Positions 1-9,634 of a stretch of DNA of 64,000 nt are shown here, piece after piece. Made by a program: the position numbers and the translations under genes. The stretch is from Bacteroidota bacterium. Lineage in GTDB: Bacteria; Bacteroidota; Bacteroidia; J057; JADKCL01. Under the pieces are notes generated by a model. It did not search any database, was not told where the DNA came from, and worked only from the letters and a program-made list of their open reading frames with translations. The stretch spans positions 9,683 to 73,682 of the forward strand of contig JANORP010000005.1 in NCBI GenBank assembly GCA_031415375.1, given 5' to 3'. Within the stretch, counting starts at the first letter, position 1; the number at the start of each line of letters is the position of its first letter.

Positions 1-1
1 C

Positions 2-955
2 GGCGGTGGCGTAGTCGCCGACATTGAAAACGCACCCAGTGGCAGCTTCTCCGGCAATGCCAATCCCAATTTCAGGAATACGATCTTTTGGGGGAATACC
101 ACTGCTGGCACGGGCCCACAATTTTTCCTCGTCGGCAGCGCATCGTTTACGGCAACTTATTCCGACATTGACTTGGCGGGTCAAAATGCCCCCCATGTCA
201 TTTCGGGCCTCGGCACTGGCAATGTGAATGCCGATCCAATGTTTGTAAACGCGGCAAGCGGCCCTGGAGTCGATAATTTTTGGATGACGGCAGATGATGG
301 TTATGGCCTACAGCCGGGTTCGCCCTGCATCAACGCAGGGGATAATGCTGGCACAACAGCGACAGATTTGAAGCAAGAGGCACGCATCACGTCAGTGACC
401 GTCGATATGGGCGCCTACGAGACGGCTGCGCCGGTGTTGGCGACACATGACATCGGCTTTTGGGGAGAAGGTAATGGCGTGGAAAACGTCTTGCACTGGG
501 CGGCTCCCAACCATTCACAAACGTTACACTATATCATCGAGCGAGGTGATGACGGATTCACATTTTCGGAACTCGGGACACACGGGGTAGGTACACAATT
601 AGGTCATAGGATCGATTATACCTACATCGACCCGCAGCCAAGCCGGTCGATGCAATATTATCGATTGCAGCAAATTGAGCGAGATGGCAACCGTTCGGTC
701 TCGGAGGTGATCCGTGTGGAAAATGCCTTGGCATTGCATTACCAAGCCTACCCAAACCCCACCACCGGATCGATTGCAATCAAGGGTTATCAGGGAGATG
801 GACGCATTGATGTCATTGGCTTACAGGGCAATATTGTTCGCTCTCTGGCTGGGGGCAGTCCAACGCTCGACATCTCGGATTTGCCCGACGGCATCTATTG
901 TTTGCTGATCAAAAAGGATGCTTATTCTGAGTGCATTCGCGTGGTCAAACTATAA
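2..955 (+). CDS. 5'-truncated surface protein: beta-helix (choice-of-anchor-Q-like) end, Ig/FN3-like module and T9SS C-terminal sorting domain
   Basis: The frame is open from the window edge (GGGVVADIENAPSG...), so the listed TTG at 173 is internal. NTIFWGN and DPMFVNAASG...GLQPGSPCINAGDN...VDMGAYE resemble the C-terminal end of right-handed beta-helix adhesin-like proteins. A 'Y.IERG.DG..F...YYRLQQIERDG..S' module follows. The last ~70 aa (YPNPTTGSIAIKG...DGIYCLLIK) match a T9SS type-A CTD. Confidence 0.8.
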   Translation, partial: GGGVVADIENAPSGSFSGNANPNFRNTIFWGNTTAGTGPQFFLVGSASFTATYSDIDLAGQNAPHVISGLGTGNVNADPMFVNAASGPGVDNFWMTADDGYGLQPGSPCINAGDNAGTTATDLKQEARITSVTVDMGAYETAAPVLATHDIGFWGEGNGVENVLHWAAPNHSQTLHYIIERGDDGFTFSELGTHGVGTQLGHRIDYTYIDPQPSRSMQYYRLQQIERDGNRSVSEVIRVENALALHYQAYPNPTTGSIAIKGYQGDGRIDVIGLQGNIVRSLAGGSPTLDISDLPDGIYCLLIKKDAYSECIRVVKL

Positions 956-971
956 ACTTGGGGATGTAATC

Positions 972-1529
972 ATGAAACCGTTGCAAGGGGAATTGACCAG
1001 TATTTCTCTCAAAGACTTCGCGCTCACTGGCCATTTCGGCCCGGTGACTTTGGGCATGACCAAAGACGACTTGATCACGCTCCTGGGCGAGCCGGATGGC
1101 ATCCAGGATTTTGGCGACACGGTGGACGTCCATTACAGTTGGTATGAATTTTTCTGCTTGGCAGAAAACGGGAAAATCATCGGCATCCAAAACGATCACC
1201 TGTGTGTGGCGCCGCTCGAAAGTCGCCGCAGGATGGTGGAAAACCATCGGCTAAATATTTGCTTTGAAAACGAGCGCTTCCTATTCGACCCGTGGTTTTT
1301 GAAGCCTGGAATAAATATTTCCTATTTCCAAGTCATCGAATTGCTTCGGGCAGAAACCATTTCGTTTGAGGAGAGCTTCATCGACATTTCCGGCTGGCGA
1401 ATTGTGTTTCCGAGTGGAGTGTACATCGATTTTGACTATGAAAGGCATTCCGAATTCAAGGACGATCCACCGATTGACAAGGCGCATTTGGTGGTGAATG
1501 CAATGCGGATGTTTGACTGGGGCATTTGA
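972..1529 (+). CDS. hypothetical protein (no domain recognised)
   Basis: Start taken at ATG 972 (MKPLQGEL...) inside the listed ORF 918..1529. It sits 17 nt after the upstream stop. The only recognisable element is a generic 'LGMTKDDLITLLGEPDG' motif. Confidence 0.5.
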   Translation: MKPLQGELTSISLKDFALTGHFGPVTLGMTKDDLITLLGEPDGIQDFGDTVDVHYSWYEFFCLAENGKIIGIQNDHLCVAPLESRRRMVENHRLNICFENERFLFDPWFLKPGINISYFQVIELLRAETISFEESFIDISGWRIVFPSGVYIDFDYERHSEFKDDPPIDKAHLVVNAMRMFDWGI

Positions 1530-1644
1530 TCGTCGCTTTCCAATCAACGGCACCATATTTCAGGACTGACCTTTTCACCTCCTGCTCCCGAGTGCATGGA
1601 AGACATGTTATCACAAGGTTTGTGAATTTTCGAAAAAGAGAATC

Positions 1645-1923
1645 TCATTGCCCCAATTTGTAGGAAAGCATTGAAACGATGTAAATTCCCTCATCGGTAG
1701 TCTCATAGACGATGTAGTGGTGGCTATTCAATTGCCAGCGGCGCTGTCCAGGCAAAGCTGCGGGTCTGCCTTTGGTGGGGTGATCGGCCAAATCTTCCGT
1801 AATTCGATAGATTCCTGCAAGATGGCGCTGAGCATACGCTTCTCCGTATTTTTCGAGAAGGAAGTCAAAAACATTCCTCAGAATGGCCCTCGACCCGATG
1901 GACCACGTTACCTGCTTCCCCAT
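1645..1923 (-). CDS. type II toxin, ParE/RelE superfamily
   Basis: 92 aa. The pattern W.....A...L..I..FL....GE..A......I...I..L...P..GRP......RRW......Y.IVY......I.I... is typical of ParE/RelE plasmid-stabilisation toxins. It overlaps the upstream small gene by 16 nt. Confidence 0.8.
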   Translation of the reverse strand: MGKQVTWSIGSRAILRNVFDFLLEKYGEAYAQRHLAGIYRITEDLADHPTKGRPAALPGQRRWQLNSHHYIVYETTDEGIYIVSMLSYKLGQ

Positions 1924-2159
1924 GTCTTCGACTCCTCCATCAAATCTTTTTGGGAAATCACCCTCCCTGCTGCGATATCTGCGCGACCACGTTCGATCGA
2001 GGCCTTGTCCTCTTCATCGAGGCTCGCATACCAGTCTTCACCACTCGCCGCATTGAGCAGGAGCGCATGGATCTCAGCGAGCAATGCTTGATCCTGGGTG
2101 GCCATCAGCAACCGCGTGACACCCACCTTGATGTCGGAGATACTTTCTGCTACTTTCAT
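1908..2159 (-). CDS. putative antitoxin (addiction-module component) of the ParE/RelE toxin
   Basis: Start taken at ATG 2159 (MKVAESISD...). It is an 83-aa acidic protein with C-terminal 'SLDEEDKASIERGRADIAAGRVISQKDLMEE', as in Bacteroidota addiction-module antitoxins. Its stop overlaps the toxin start. Confidence 0.65.
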   Translation of the reverse strand: MKVAESISDIKVGVTRLLMATQDQALLAEIHALLLNAASGEDWYASLDEEDKASIERGRADIAAGRVISQKDLMEESKTWGSR

Positions 2160-2375
2160 AAGGGTAAATATGTTGATTTTGCGCATAAGTTGCAAGTGTT
2201 TTGTGAGGGCTAAGCTGGCTTTCGCAACGCTTCCGACACCCTATGGCAATACCAATGCCAATGAAGATTTGAGCGAGGCTGCGAAATTCTTTTTTGTGAA
2301 GCCCGCCGAGCTCCTAGCCAAATGTCCTCTGCGCCATGCTTTCCTCACAAAAGCCGTAGCCGATTGGAAAAAATA

Positions 2376-3026
2376 ATGGTAAATTTAAACGTGCGGGGAA
2401 TTGCATTCTATTGCGGCTGTTGTGTGATGTTGATGCTCACCACGCATTGCACAGGCACTGCCAATCCCAATTCCTCCATTGCTTCTCACTCGACCTCCAT
2501 TCCAATGACCACCAAGTCCTCCATCACCCAAATCCCTGCCCTCGCACAATGGTATGCGCGCCTCGGCCTATCCATCGAGGCGACCATAGCGCTGTTGCAG
2601 CCTGCAGAAGCGCAAATTCTCCAAAATGCAGAATACGAGCGTCTGAAAGGTCTGACGCGTGTCTCGGCACCTGCTAGTGATCCGGCCATTTATTATTTGC
2701 ATCATGGCAGCGTTGCCTTGATCGTGATCGAAGACCTCAAGGTAATGTCCTTGCTCCAAGAGGACGAATTGCTCCACATCTTGGGGGCACCCTCAGCAGC
2801 TCAGGAAATGGCTTCGCAGATCGGCAAACAAGCCACTCACTTTGCCTATCCCGAGGATGGGATTGCATTTTCCGTGATGGATGGGCAGGCTGTGCTGGTG
2901 GAACTGTTTGCGCCGATTTCAATGGCTGCCTACTTGGATAGCATTTATCAGAAACCAGCCCCAGACCGCTGTAAGCACGCTTCAAATCCAAAAGAAGCCT
3001 TTCTCACGATGGCGCAACCTGAATGA
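2376..3026 (+). CDS. hypothetical exported protein
   Basis: Start taken at ATG 2376 (MVNLNVRGIAFYCGCCVMLMLTTHC...). It has a hydrophobic N-terminus and no recognised domain. Confidence 0.45.
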   Translation: MVNLNVRGIAFYCGCCVMLMLTTHCTGTANPNSSIASHSTSIPMTTKSSITQIPALAQWYARLGLSIEATIALLQPAEAQILQNAEYERLKGLTRVSAPASDPAIYYLHHGSVALIVIEDLKVMSLLQEDELLHILGAPSAAQEMASQIGKQATHFAYPEDGIAFSVMDGQAVLVELFAPISMAAYLDSIYQKPAPDRCKHASNPKEAFLTMAQPE

Positions 3027-3055
3027 CGAGCGGCACCCTCAAGGCGATATTCCTT

Positions 3056-4456
3056 TCATTCACCCAGCTTCTCCCGCAGCCAATCTGCATCTGCGATCTG
3101 TCTTGTCGCCTCAAAATCGGCGCGGATCTTGAGGCGGCGCTTGTGGTCACCGTAGCGCACACGACTGAGTTTTTTCACAAAAAGAATGAGGTTGAGGTAA
3201 TTGGTGCGGTGACCCTCTGAGATGAGTTTGTTGCGCCTGAGAAAGGTGCGAAAACTCTCGATCAAGCTGTCCAAGGCCTCGATCTCATGCAGCTCATAGT
3301 AGATTTTGAGGAGCATGACCTTGGCGTCGAGGTTGTAGAATACGTCCTCGTATTCCAATTTTTGCAGGAGCTTGAGAACCTCGCTGTAGTGCTTTTTGTA
3401 AAAATGCAGCTTGGCGAGGTTGTAGGTAAATGCATTCTCGCGGTGCTCTGCGGGGATCTTGCCTTGGTAGCTGCGGATGAATTCCTCGACCCAATCGAAC
3501 TCTGAGAGGCGCAGGCCAGCGACGACGATGTTTTTGTAGTCCCAAGGGCTCAGGCTGTCGCCCTCGAGCAAGACATGCCGCTCAAGGGACTCTTGGTAAA
3601 GGCTGAAGATTTCGCGCAAAAATTCGCCATCGCCCGCATTGATGCGGCCGATGCAGTGGTTCATGGCAAATGCATAGAGGTGGCGGGCCTCATCGCGCGT
3701 GAAGGCAAGGGCAAATTGGGACAGCATTTTCCTGAGGACGGGGTATTGGCTGAGGTCGTCGGGCCTGCTCAACATCTGGTAAATCCCGAAATAGATCAAA
3801 ATCGCAGGGTCATCGGCGTAGAGGCTGGTCGGCAACTGCTTCAAGAGGCCCTCCAAGAAGGGGTCTTGAAACTCGCCACCCATGACGTTGCGGTTGTTGA
3901 GCAGGGTGCAGGCGTATTTGAGTTTGTTGAACAGGTAAAAGCGATCGAGGCTGGCGACGGAGGCGTCGAGGTTGGTGACGCCGCTACGGTTGGCACTGCG
4001 CTCGAGCCAAGCATTGCGCTCAGATTGCAGCAGGTAGGCATCGAGTAGGGTGCTGGAATTGAGCAGGGGCGAACGCGGCTGTGTGGCACGATCGCTTTTG
4101 CGAAAAAAAAACTCGTAGAGACCGCTGGCTTCGCGCTCACGCAAGGCTTTGAGTAGCTGCACTTGCTGCTGCGCCTCAGATTGGGCAAATTGCTCCAAGG
4201 TGAGAAACTGACCTACGAGCGCGAGCAGCTCAGACATGAGCCGACGAAAGGCGAGGTCTTCGTAGGCCCTCAAGGGAAACAAGGCCCGCCATAGTGCCTG
4301 CTTTTCCCGCCCTTGGCCGCCATGGAGCAGCAGCTCTGTGAATTGCACCAAGGTGACATTGGCGTTGTGGTAAGGCGAAGCCACAAATTTGAGCAGTCGC
4401 GCTGCTGCTTTGTGGTCTAGCAAGGCCAATATTTCACTGAGCTTGGAATCTTTCAT
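3056..4456 (-). CDS. hypothetical all-helical (TPR-like?) protein, 466 aa
   Basis: Long uninterrupted ORF with protein-like composition. The C-terminal half has repeated helix-pair-like segments (FYNLDAKVMLLKIYYELHEIEALDSLIESFRTFLRRN). No catalytic motif was recognised. Confidence 0.65.
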   Translation of the reverse strand: MKDSKLSEILALLDHKAAARLLKFVASPYHNANVTLVQFTELLLHGGQGREKQALWRALFPLRAYEDLAFRRLMSELLALVGQFLTLEQFAQSEAQQQVQLLKALREREASGLYEFFFRKSDRATQPRSPLLNSSTLLDAYLLQSERNAWLERSANRSGVTNLDASVASLDRFYLFNKLKYACTLLNNRNVMGGEFQDPFLEGLLKQLPTSLYADDPAILIYFGIYQMLSRPDDLSQYPVLRKMLSQFALAFTRDEARHLYAFAMNHCIGRINAGDGEFLREIFSLYQESLERHVLLEGDSLSPWDYKNIVVAGLRLSEFDWVEEFIRSYQGKIPAEHRENAFTYNLAKLHFYKKHYSEVLKLLQKLEYEDVFYNLDAKVMLLKIYYELHEIEALDSLIESFRTFLRRNKLISEGHRTNYLNLILFVKKLSRVRYGDHKRRLKIRADFEATRQIADADWLREKLGE

Positions 4457-4691
4457 TCCGACAAATTACCAATTCTCGCCCGCATATTCATTACCAAACC
4501 TCCAAAAATAAATTTCCATGCCCAATTCAGAAGAAAATAGATTCCGACAAATCATCCAAAATGTACTTTTTCACCCTTCTTGTACTGCCCATATTTGTAC
4601 TGTGCCAAAGCCACTAATGGTTTTTGCCCAACAGGATATGCGTATCAACACTGAAAATATCTTTTTGAAGTCTCTGTCTTACAAAAATCTC

Positions 4692-6908
4692 ATGCGTGAC
4701 AAAATCTACCTTGTTTTGCTCTTTGCGTTTGTCTTCGTCGGCAGCAGCACCTTGCTGGCCAGCCACTTGACGGGCTCGACGATTACCTACGAATGTTTGG
4801 GTGGCAGCATCTACCGTGTACATTTGCACCAATATGCCGACTGCCAAGGAATTGCACCGACAGCACCTGCTTCGTTTGGCGTCGTAGGCACCGTCCCTGG
4901 TTGCACGGCACCAACGGCGACAGCCTGGACACTTTTGAGTTCCAACGAGGTCACCTACCTTGCTACGCAATTTGGCACCCAATGTGGCCCTGGTCCTTAC
5001 CCAGGCGTGAGAGACTACCACTTCATCCGCGACTACAACTTCAGCGCGGTCAATTGCAGCAAATACAAACTCACCTGGACCTCCTGCTGTCGCAATGGTA
5101 GCAACAACAGCATTGCCAATGCCTCGGCAGTGGGCATGACCGTGGTCACCGACACGATCGACCTGAACTTGCCAGGCTGCAACAGCTCGCCCGTATGGCA
5201 CAATGCGCCCCCCAGGCTTGCGACTGCGCAACATGCCAACTATTTTGATCTGGGTGCCACCGATGCCGACGGCGATTCACTTGTCTATAACTTTGCCTAT
5301 CCCCTCGATGGCAATGGCAATCCTGTAGCTTACAATTTTGGTTATGGCCTTGCGAATCCACTAGGCAACAACTGGCAAGCACGCCTCGACCCAGAAACCG
5401 GCCTTTTGAGCCTGATTCCAACGGGATCTCCTGTGACCGCCACGATCGCCATCCGCGTGATTGAATATCGCAATGGCGTAAGGATCGGCAGTGTGCTCAG
5501 GGATTTTGAGATCCTAGGCTTGCAAGCCCTTCCTGGATCCTCCAATCTACCTACTATTTCAGGGCCATTCAATCTCACGGGAGCGGTCATCGTCGGCAAC
5601 GAAATCTTTGTGCAACCTGGTGGTAGCGTATGCATGGATTTCAGCGCCAGCGATGCCGACCCCGGATTGGCGACGCAGCTGAGCTGGATGAGCGACCTCA
5701 ACGGTGCCACGCTCACCGATACCTTTGGCAATGGTCCCGATACCGTATTGGCTGTCGGGCCATGGGTGAGGGTCTGCTGGACGGCCCCATTGGCCCTCAC
5801 CATCGATACCCTCACCATCACGGCCATTGACACCGCCCTACAACTCAACAACATGGTCGTGGCACAGTACGCCTTCAGGGTGATCGATACCGTCCTCGTG
5901 TGGCCGGGCGATGCCGACAACAATTTGATTGCAGACGTCTTTGACCTGCTGCCGATCGGCTTGGCCTTTGGCAGCACCGGGACGCTACGCCCAGCAGCCA
6001 GCAATACATGGGTAGGACAGTCATCGACTCCATGGCTCGATACCATCCCTGGTGGCTTGGATAAGAAATTCATTGACTGCGACGGCAATGGCCTCATCGA
6101 CAACGACGACACCCTCGCCATCACCCTCAACTATGGCCTCACGCACACCAAGGGCAATATCCCAGTGGCTCGTGGCGCTGCCGTCGATCCAGTGTTTAAG
6201 CTCATTCTCCCCAGTAGCGCTAATGTCGGCGACACCATCTGGGCCCCGATCATGCTGGGAGATGCCACTGTGAATGCAAACGATGTCTATGGCTACGCCT
6301 TCAGGTTGCACTACGATGCCTCCCTGATCGATAGCAGCTCCTTCTGGATCGATTTTGACAACAGTTGGGTCGCCGTGGGCGGCAATGCGATCGACATGTC
6401 GCGCAATCATCCCACCCTCAACCTCTGTGATGCGGCCCAAGTGCGCACCACTCAGACCACCGTCTCTGGCATGGGGCAGGTAGGCCGCGCACACTTTGTG
6501 ATCATCGACAACATCGATGGCAAGCGTGCTGCGGTCGATTCGGCCACGCTCCACATCGACTTCATCGACGTGCGTGTGATCGGGCTCAATGGCGAGACAA
6601 TCACTGTCGATGCCTTGTCTGACTCCATGACCGTCTATCAAAGCTCGGTGGATTTTTCACACCCAGCGCCAGCCGCCACGATCGAATTGTATCCCAATCC
6701 AGCACATGACCGCGTCACCGTCAAAGTGCTAGGGCAAGACATCGAGCAGGTCGAGGTGCTGAACCTTCAAGGCCAATTGCTGATGAGCAAGCCTGCACAA
6801 CAAAGCCACCGCATGACACTCGACATGCGTGACCTCGCCCAAGGCATGTATTTCGTGCGCGTGAAAACACAAGGTAACTGGACCGTTCAAAGAATTATTC
6901 TCGAGTAA
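4692..6908 (+). CDS. T9SS cargo with Cys-rich N-terminal domain, dockerin-like Ca-binding repeats, cohesin-like module and C-terminal sorting domain
   Basis: Start at ATG 4692 (MRDKIYLVLLFAFVFVGSSTLLA, signal peptide). 'HLTGSTITYECLGGSIYRVHLHQYADC' matches the N-terminus of gliding/CHU-type surface proteins. 'GDADNNLIADVFDLL' and 'DCDGNGLIDNDDTLAI' are dockerin/EF-hand-like. 'VFKLILPSSANVGDTIWAPIMLGDATVNANDVYGYAFRLHYDASL' is cohesin-like. The C-terminus LYPNPAHDRVTVKV...GMYFVRVKT is a T9SS CTD. Confidence 0.8.
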   Translation: MRDKIYLVLLFAFVFVGSSTLLASHLTGSTITYECLGGSIYRVHLHQYADCQGIAPTAPASFGVVGTVPGCTAPTATAWTLLSSNEVTYLATQFGTQCGPGPYPGVRDYHFIRDYNFSAVNCSKYKLTWTSCCRNGSNNSIANASAVGMTVVTDTIDLNLPGCNSSPVWHNAPPRLATAQHANYFDLGATDADGDSLVYNFAYPLDGNGNPVAYNFGYGLANPLGNNWQARLDPETGLLSLIPTGSPVTATIAIRVIEYRNGVRIGSVLRDFEILGLQALPGSSNLPTISGPFNLTGAVIVGNEIFVQPGGSVCMDFSASDADPGLATQLSWMSDLNGATLTDTFGNGPDTVLAVGPWVRVCWTAPLALTIDTLTITAIDTALQLNNMVVAQYAFRVIDTVLVWPGDADNNLIADVFDLLPIGLAFGSTGTLRPAASNTWVGQSSTPWLDTIPGGLDKKFIDCDGNGLIDNDDTLAITLNYGLTHTKGNIPVARGAAVDPVFKLILPSSANVGDTIWAPIMLGDATVNANDVYGYAFRLHYDASLIDSSSFWIDFDNSWVAVGGNAIDMSRNHPTLNLCDAAQVRTTQTTVSGMGQVGRAHFVIIDNIDGKRAAVDSATLHIDFIDVRVIGLNGETITVDALSDSMTVYQSSVDFSHPAPAATIELYPNPAHDRVTVKVLGQDIEQVEVLNLQGQLLMSKPAQQSHRMTLDMRDLAQGMYFVRVKTQGNWTVQRIILE

Positions 6909-6950
6909 GCAAAGGGGTAATGCGCGGAATATTGTTTTCCAATTTCTAAA

Positions 6951-6985
6951 AAATGTCGGCTCTAATGCCGGCATTTTTGTTTTTG
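6951..6985 (+). terminator. rho-independent terminator of the 4692..6908 gene
   Basis: AAATGTCGGC-tctaat-GCCGGCATTT hairpin (10 bp including one G-U pair) followed by TTTTTGTTTTT. Confidence 0.7.
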
Positions 6986-7006
6986 AGGGGGGATCAACAA
7001 CAAAGA

Positions 7007-8809
7007 TTAACCACCAAGATCATTCACCAAAACAGCAACAATCATTGCTTGTCGAGCAACAATAAAGGCTTCATTCATCAACACTTTGTCCGCGGCCAAG
7101 TCTCTCGTCATTGCCAATTTCGTTTGTGCATAAACTTTACGCTTATCCTTAAAATCGAAGTTTTTGGCTTTGGAATTCATGCTCTGTGTAAGCAACGTAA
7201 GGTTACCTAAGCAGTTGAGGTATTGTTTTCGAAAGCCTATGGAAAAATCTTGCGTCCAATTCGAATCAGGGCTTGGGTTTTGAGGGATAATATGCTCCAA
7301 GGTTGCGATTCCAAAATCCAGCGATTGCTCTATAATGTCCTGCGGCGTTTGATTCTCCAATGCCCAATAATATCTAACCATCAAAAGTTTTGCAGTCTCA
7401 ATGTCCTTGGGATCATTGAGCCTGCGTTTGAGATCAAATCCTTGGGCGATTTCTTGCGCTAGGGCGGCAAGTGCATCGTCGTATCTGCCTGTATTGAGGT
7501 CTTTGACCGTAGCGTAGATGAGGCTAGCGCGAAAGCGGTTGTTGGGTTCCAACCGCACAAACAAAACATAGCGTTCAAGTGCTCTGACAAAAGCCAATTG
7601 CTGCCCCTTGTCGCTCACATTGCGAAACAGTGCCATCAATAGATTCAAGACGTAGGTGGCGTTCCCGCTGTTCATCAAAAATTGTATCCTGTTTCGCAGT
7701 TGTTTGTCGGGAAACTGCAGGTGTACAATCTCAGTGTAAATCTCAAGGCTGTGCTCAATATCTTCGTAAAAAAGCTCTACCCTAGACTTCGCGAGTGTAT
7801 CTTCAAATCCACGATTGAATATACTTTTCTTCAGTTCATTGAAAGCCGTGAATTCTTGGTTTTTCCCCAATTTGCTTTCGACGTAGCGATTGATAAAATC
7901 TGGCCGAAAATCGTGATCATCCTCCAAAACTCTCCACTTTTGGTTGGGATCCAATGTTGCATAGCGCTCAGGAGATCTTGCCTTGAGCGCACTAAACTCC
8001 TTAATCAAAAAATTCCGGAAAAGATCCTTGTTGGACAGCGGAAGGCCCCGGTTATTGAGAATTTCGAAAATATGATAGGAGTCCTCAAATGTCGGGGATT
8101 GAATGCGTATGAGCGTCACTTTATATTTAAGAAATTCTATGAATTCATTGAGCTGTAAGGCTAATTCGTAGGTAAGAATTCCCGCAAACAAAAACTTCTC
8201 CCGTAGTTGGTCAATCAAGAACTCACGGTTATTGAAAAAGCGTGCCGAAACAGTCTTTTGTTCCTCTGTCGCCTCTCGCAGGTTGAGTTGAGAGATATCA
8301 CCGCACTCCATCACTGTCTTCAAGACATCATCATAGTCAAACCCACCAAGCCGCGCGATCTTTACTTTTTTCTCCTGGAGAATGGCACCAAATATTTTCT
8401 TATTGAATACCAGTGAATCGATGACGGCCTCAGCATCTCTGATGAAGTTTTGCAATTCCTCTACACGCCCTTCCTCAAGTTGTTTCTTTGCACCCACTTC
8501 TGCGAGCAGGCACTTGATCGCAACAAACAATATCGTAAGCGTTGTAAGTCGTTGTTGCCCATCCACAACTTCAAACTCCCGTTTGACCGTTTCATCCCCG
8601 ATCACGACCATAGATCCCATGAAATAAATTCCGGAATCCTTGCTTTCGAAAAACTCGATCAGATCTTGCCACACCACATTGACCTGATTGTTTTTGTCGC
8701 TCTTGCCGATGCAATCCCATGAATAGGGACGTTGATATTCCGGGATGACGTAGGTGATGCCATCTCCGAAAAAATCATTCAAAACCTTTTGCTCAGGAAT
8801 AAATTTCAT
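7007..8809 (-). CDS. GmrSD-family type IV restriction endonuclease (DUF262 + DUF1524)
   Basis: N-terminal DUF262/ParB-like motifs IPEYQRPYSW and DGQQRLTT. C-terminal DUF1524 His-Me finger motifs LEHIIPQN and GNLTLLTQSMNSKAKN. A sampled 60-nt block is ~38% GC, versus ~62% in the adjacent T9SS gene. Confidence 0.85.
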   Translation of the reverse strand: MKFIPEQKVLNDFFGDGITYVIPEYQRPYSWDCIGKSDKNNQVNVVWQDLIEFFESKDSGIYFMGSMVVIGDETVKREFEVVDGQQRLTTLTILFVAIKCLLAEVGAKKQLEEGRVEELQNFIRDAEAVIDSLVFNKKIFGAILQEKKVKIARLGGFDYDDVLKTVMECGDISQLNLREATEEQKTVSARFFNNREFLIDQLREKFLFAGILTYELALQLNEFIEFLKYKVTLIRIQSPTFEDSYHIFEILNNRGLPLSNKDLFRNFLIKEFSALKARSPERYATLDPNQKWRVLEDDHDFRPDFINRYVESKLGKNQEFTAFNELKKSIFNRGFEDTLAKSRVELFYEDIEHSLEIYTEIVHLQFPDKQLRNRIQFLMNSGNATYVLNLLMALFRNVSDKGQQLAFVRALERYVLFVRLEPNNRFRASLIYATVKDLNTGRYDDALAALAQEIAQGFDLKRRLNDPKDIETAKLLMVRYYWALENQTPQDIIEQSLDFGIATLEHIIPQNPSPDSNWTQDFSIGFRKQYLNCLGNLTLLTQSMNSKAKNFDFKDKRKVYAQTKLAMTRDLAADKVLMNEAFIVARQAMIVAVLVNDLGG

Positions 8810-8878
8810 ATCAGAACGACAAGCTAAGCGCTACGAATTTCGCAAATTTTGCGTTGATCGACAAACGGCTGCGATGGC

Positions 8879-9592
8879 TCAATTCGGATACCCTGGATCC
8901 AACTCTGCCTGCTTGGCGAGCATCTCGGTGCGCACGCGCTCTACGAGGGCGGGCACATCCTCTGGCGTCATCCCGACCGTGGAGATGGGTGCTAAAAAAT
9001 GCTGGGTGATGATGCCTGGCCATATTTTGCCAAACTTGGCTTGGGGCATTACGCGGCGGGCATTGATGGTGACGATGGGCAAGAGGGGCACTTGGGTCGC
9101 GACTGCGAGCTTGAAGGCACCGTCAAAGAAGGGCTGCATGGGTTCTTGAGTGCGGTTTTGGGTCCCCTCGGGGTAGATCATCAGTGTCTCGCCAAGGGTG
9201 ATGCTCTCGACCATGCGCTCATAGCTTGCCTTGCGGCTTTCGGGGCTGCTGCGATCGACCATGACGCCAGATGTCTTGAAGATGAAGCCCATGATCGGCA
9301 CCTTGAGCAACTCGCGCTTGGCAAGCGTGCGAAAGGGCGCGCGAATGTTCACATAAGACACGGGCGTATCTAGGAAGCTGTTGTGGTTGGTGACCATGAC
9401 CATGGGTTGCTGCCCATATTCATCTTTCCAACCCGTCTTGCGAAAGCGCAAGCCACAAATCATGCCCCAAAACCAAGCCCACGCACCCAAAATGCGATCG
9501 CTGTAGGGCAATGCCTTGCGACGCGACATGAGCTTGCCCCAGAGCAGGAAAAAAAATGCCCACATCATCGTCGAAATGAAGGTCGTCGCCAC
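8879..9592 (-). CDS. plsC: 1-acyl-sn-glycerol-3-phosphate acyltransferase
   Basis: HX4D motif VTNHNSFLDTP and the IYPEGT block. The listed start is GTG 9592. The frame stays open upstream (LIKKIIQKIYVVW) to the TAA of the preceding gene with no canonical start codon, so the exact start is uncertain. Confidence 0.85.
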   Translation of the reverse strand: MATTFISTMMWAFFFLLWGKLMSRRKALPYSDRILGAWAWFWGMICGLRFRKTGWKDEYGQQPMVMVTNHNSFLDTPVSYVNIRAPFRTLAKRELLKVPIMGFIFKTSGVMVDRSSPESRKASYERMVESITLGETLMIYPEGTQNRTQEPMQPFFDGAFKLAVATQVPLLPIVTINARRVMPQAKFGKIWPGIITQHFLAPISTVGMTPEDVPALVERVRTEMLAKQAELDPGYPN

Positions 9593-9634
9593 CCAGACGA
9601 CATAGATTTTTTGGATGATCTTTTTGATAAGCGC

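Noticed and set aside
2098-2376. A 92-aa plus-strand ORF overlapping the antitoxin gene and its upstream region.
   Set aside because: It overlaps the better-supported minus-strand antitoxin, has no motif, and has odd composition. It is likely spurious.
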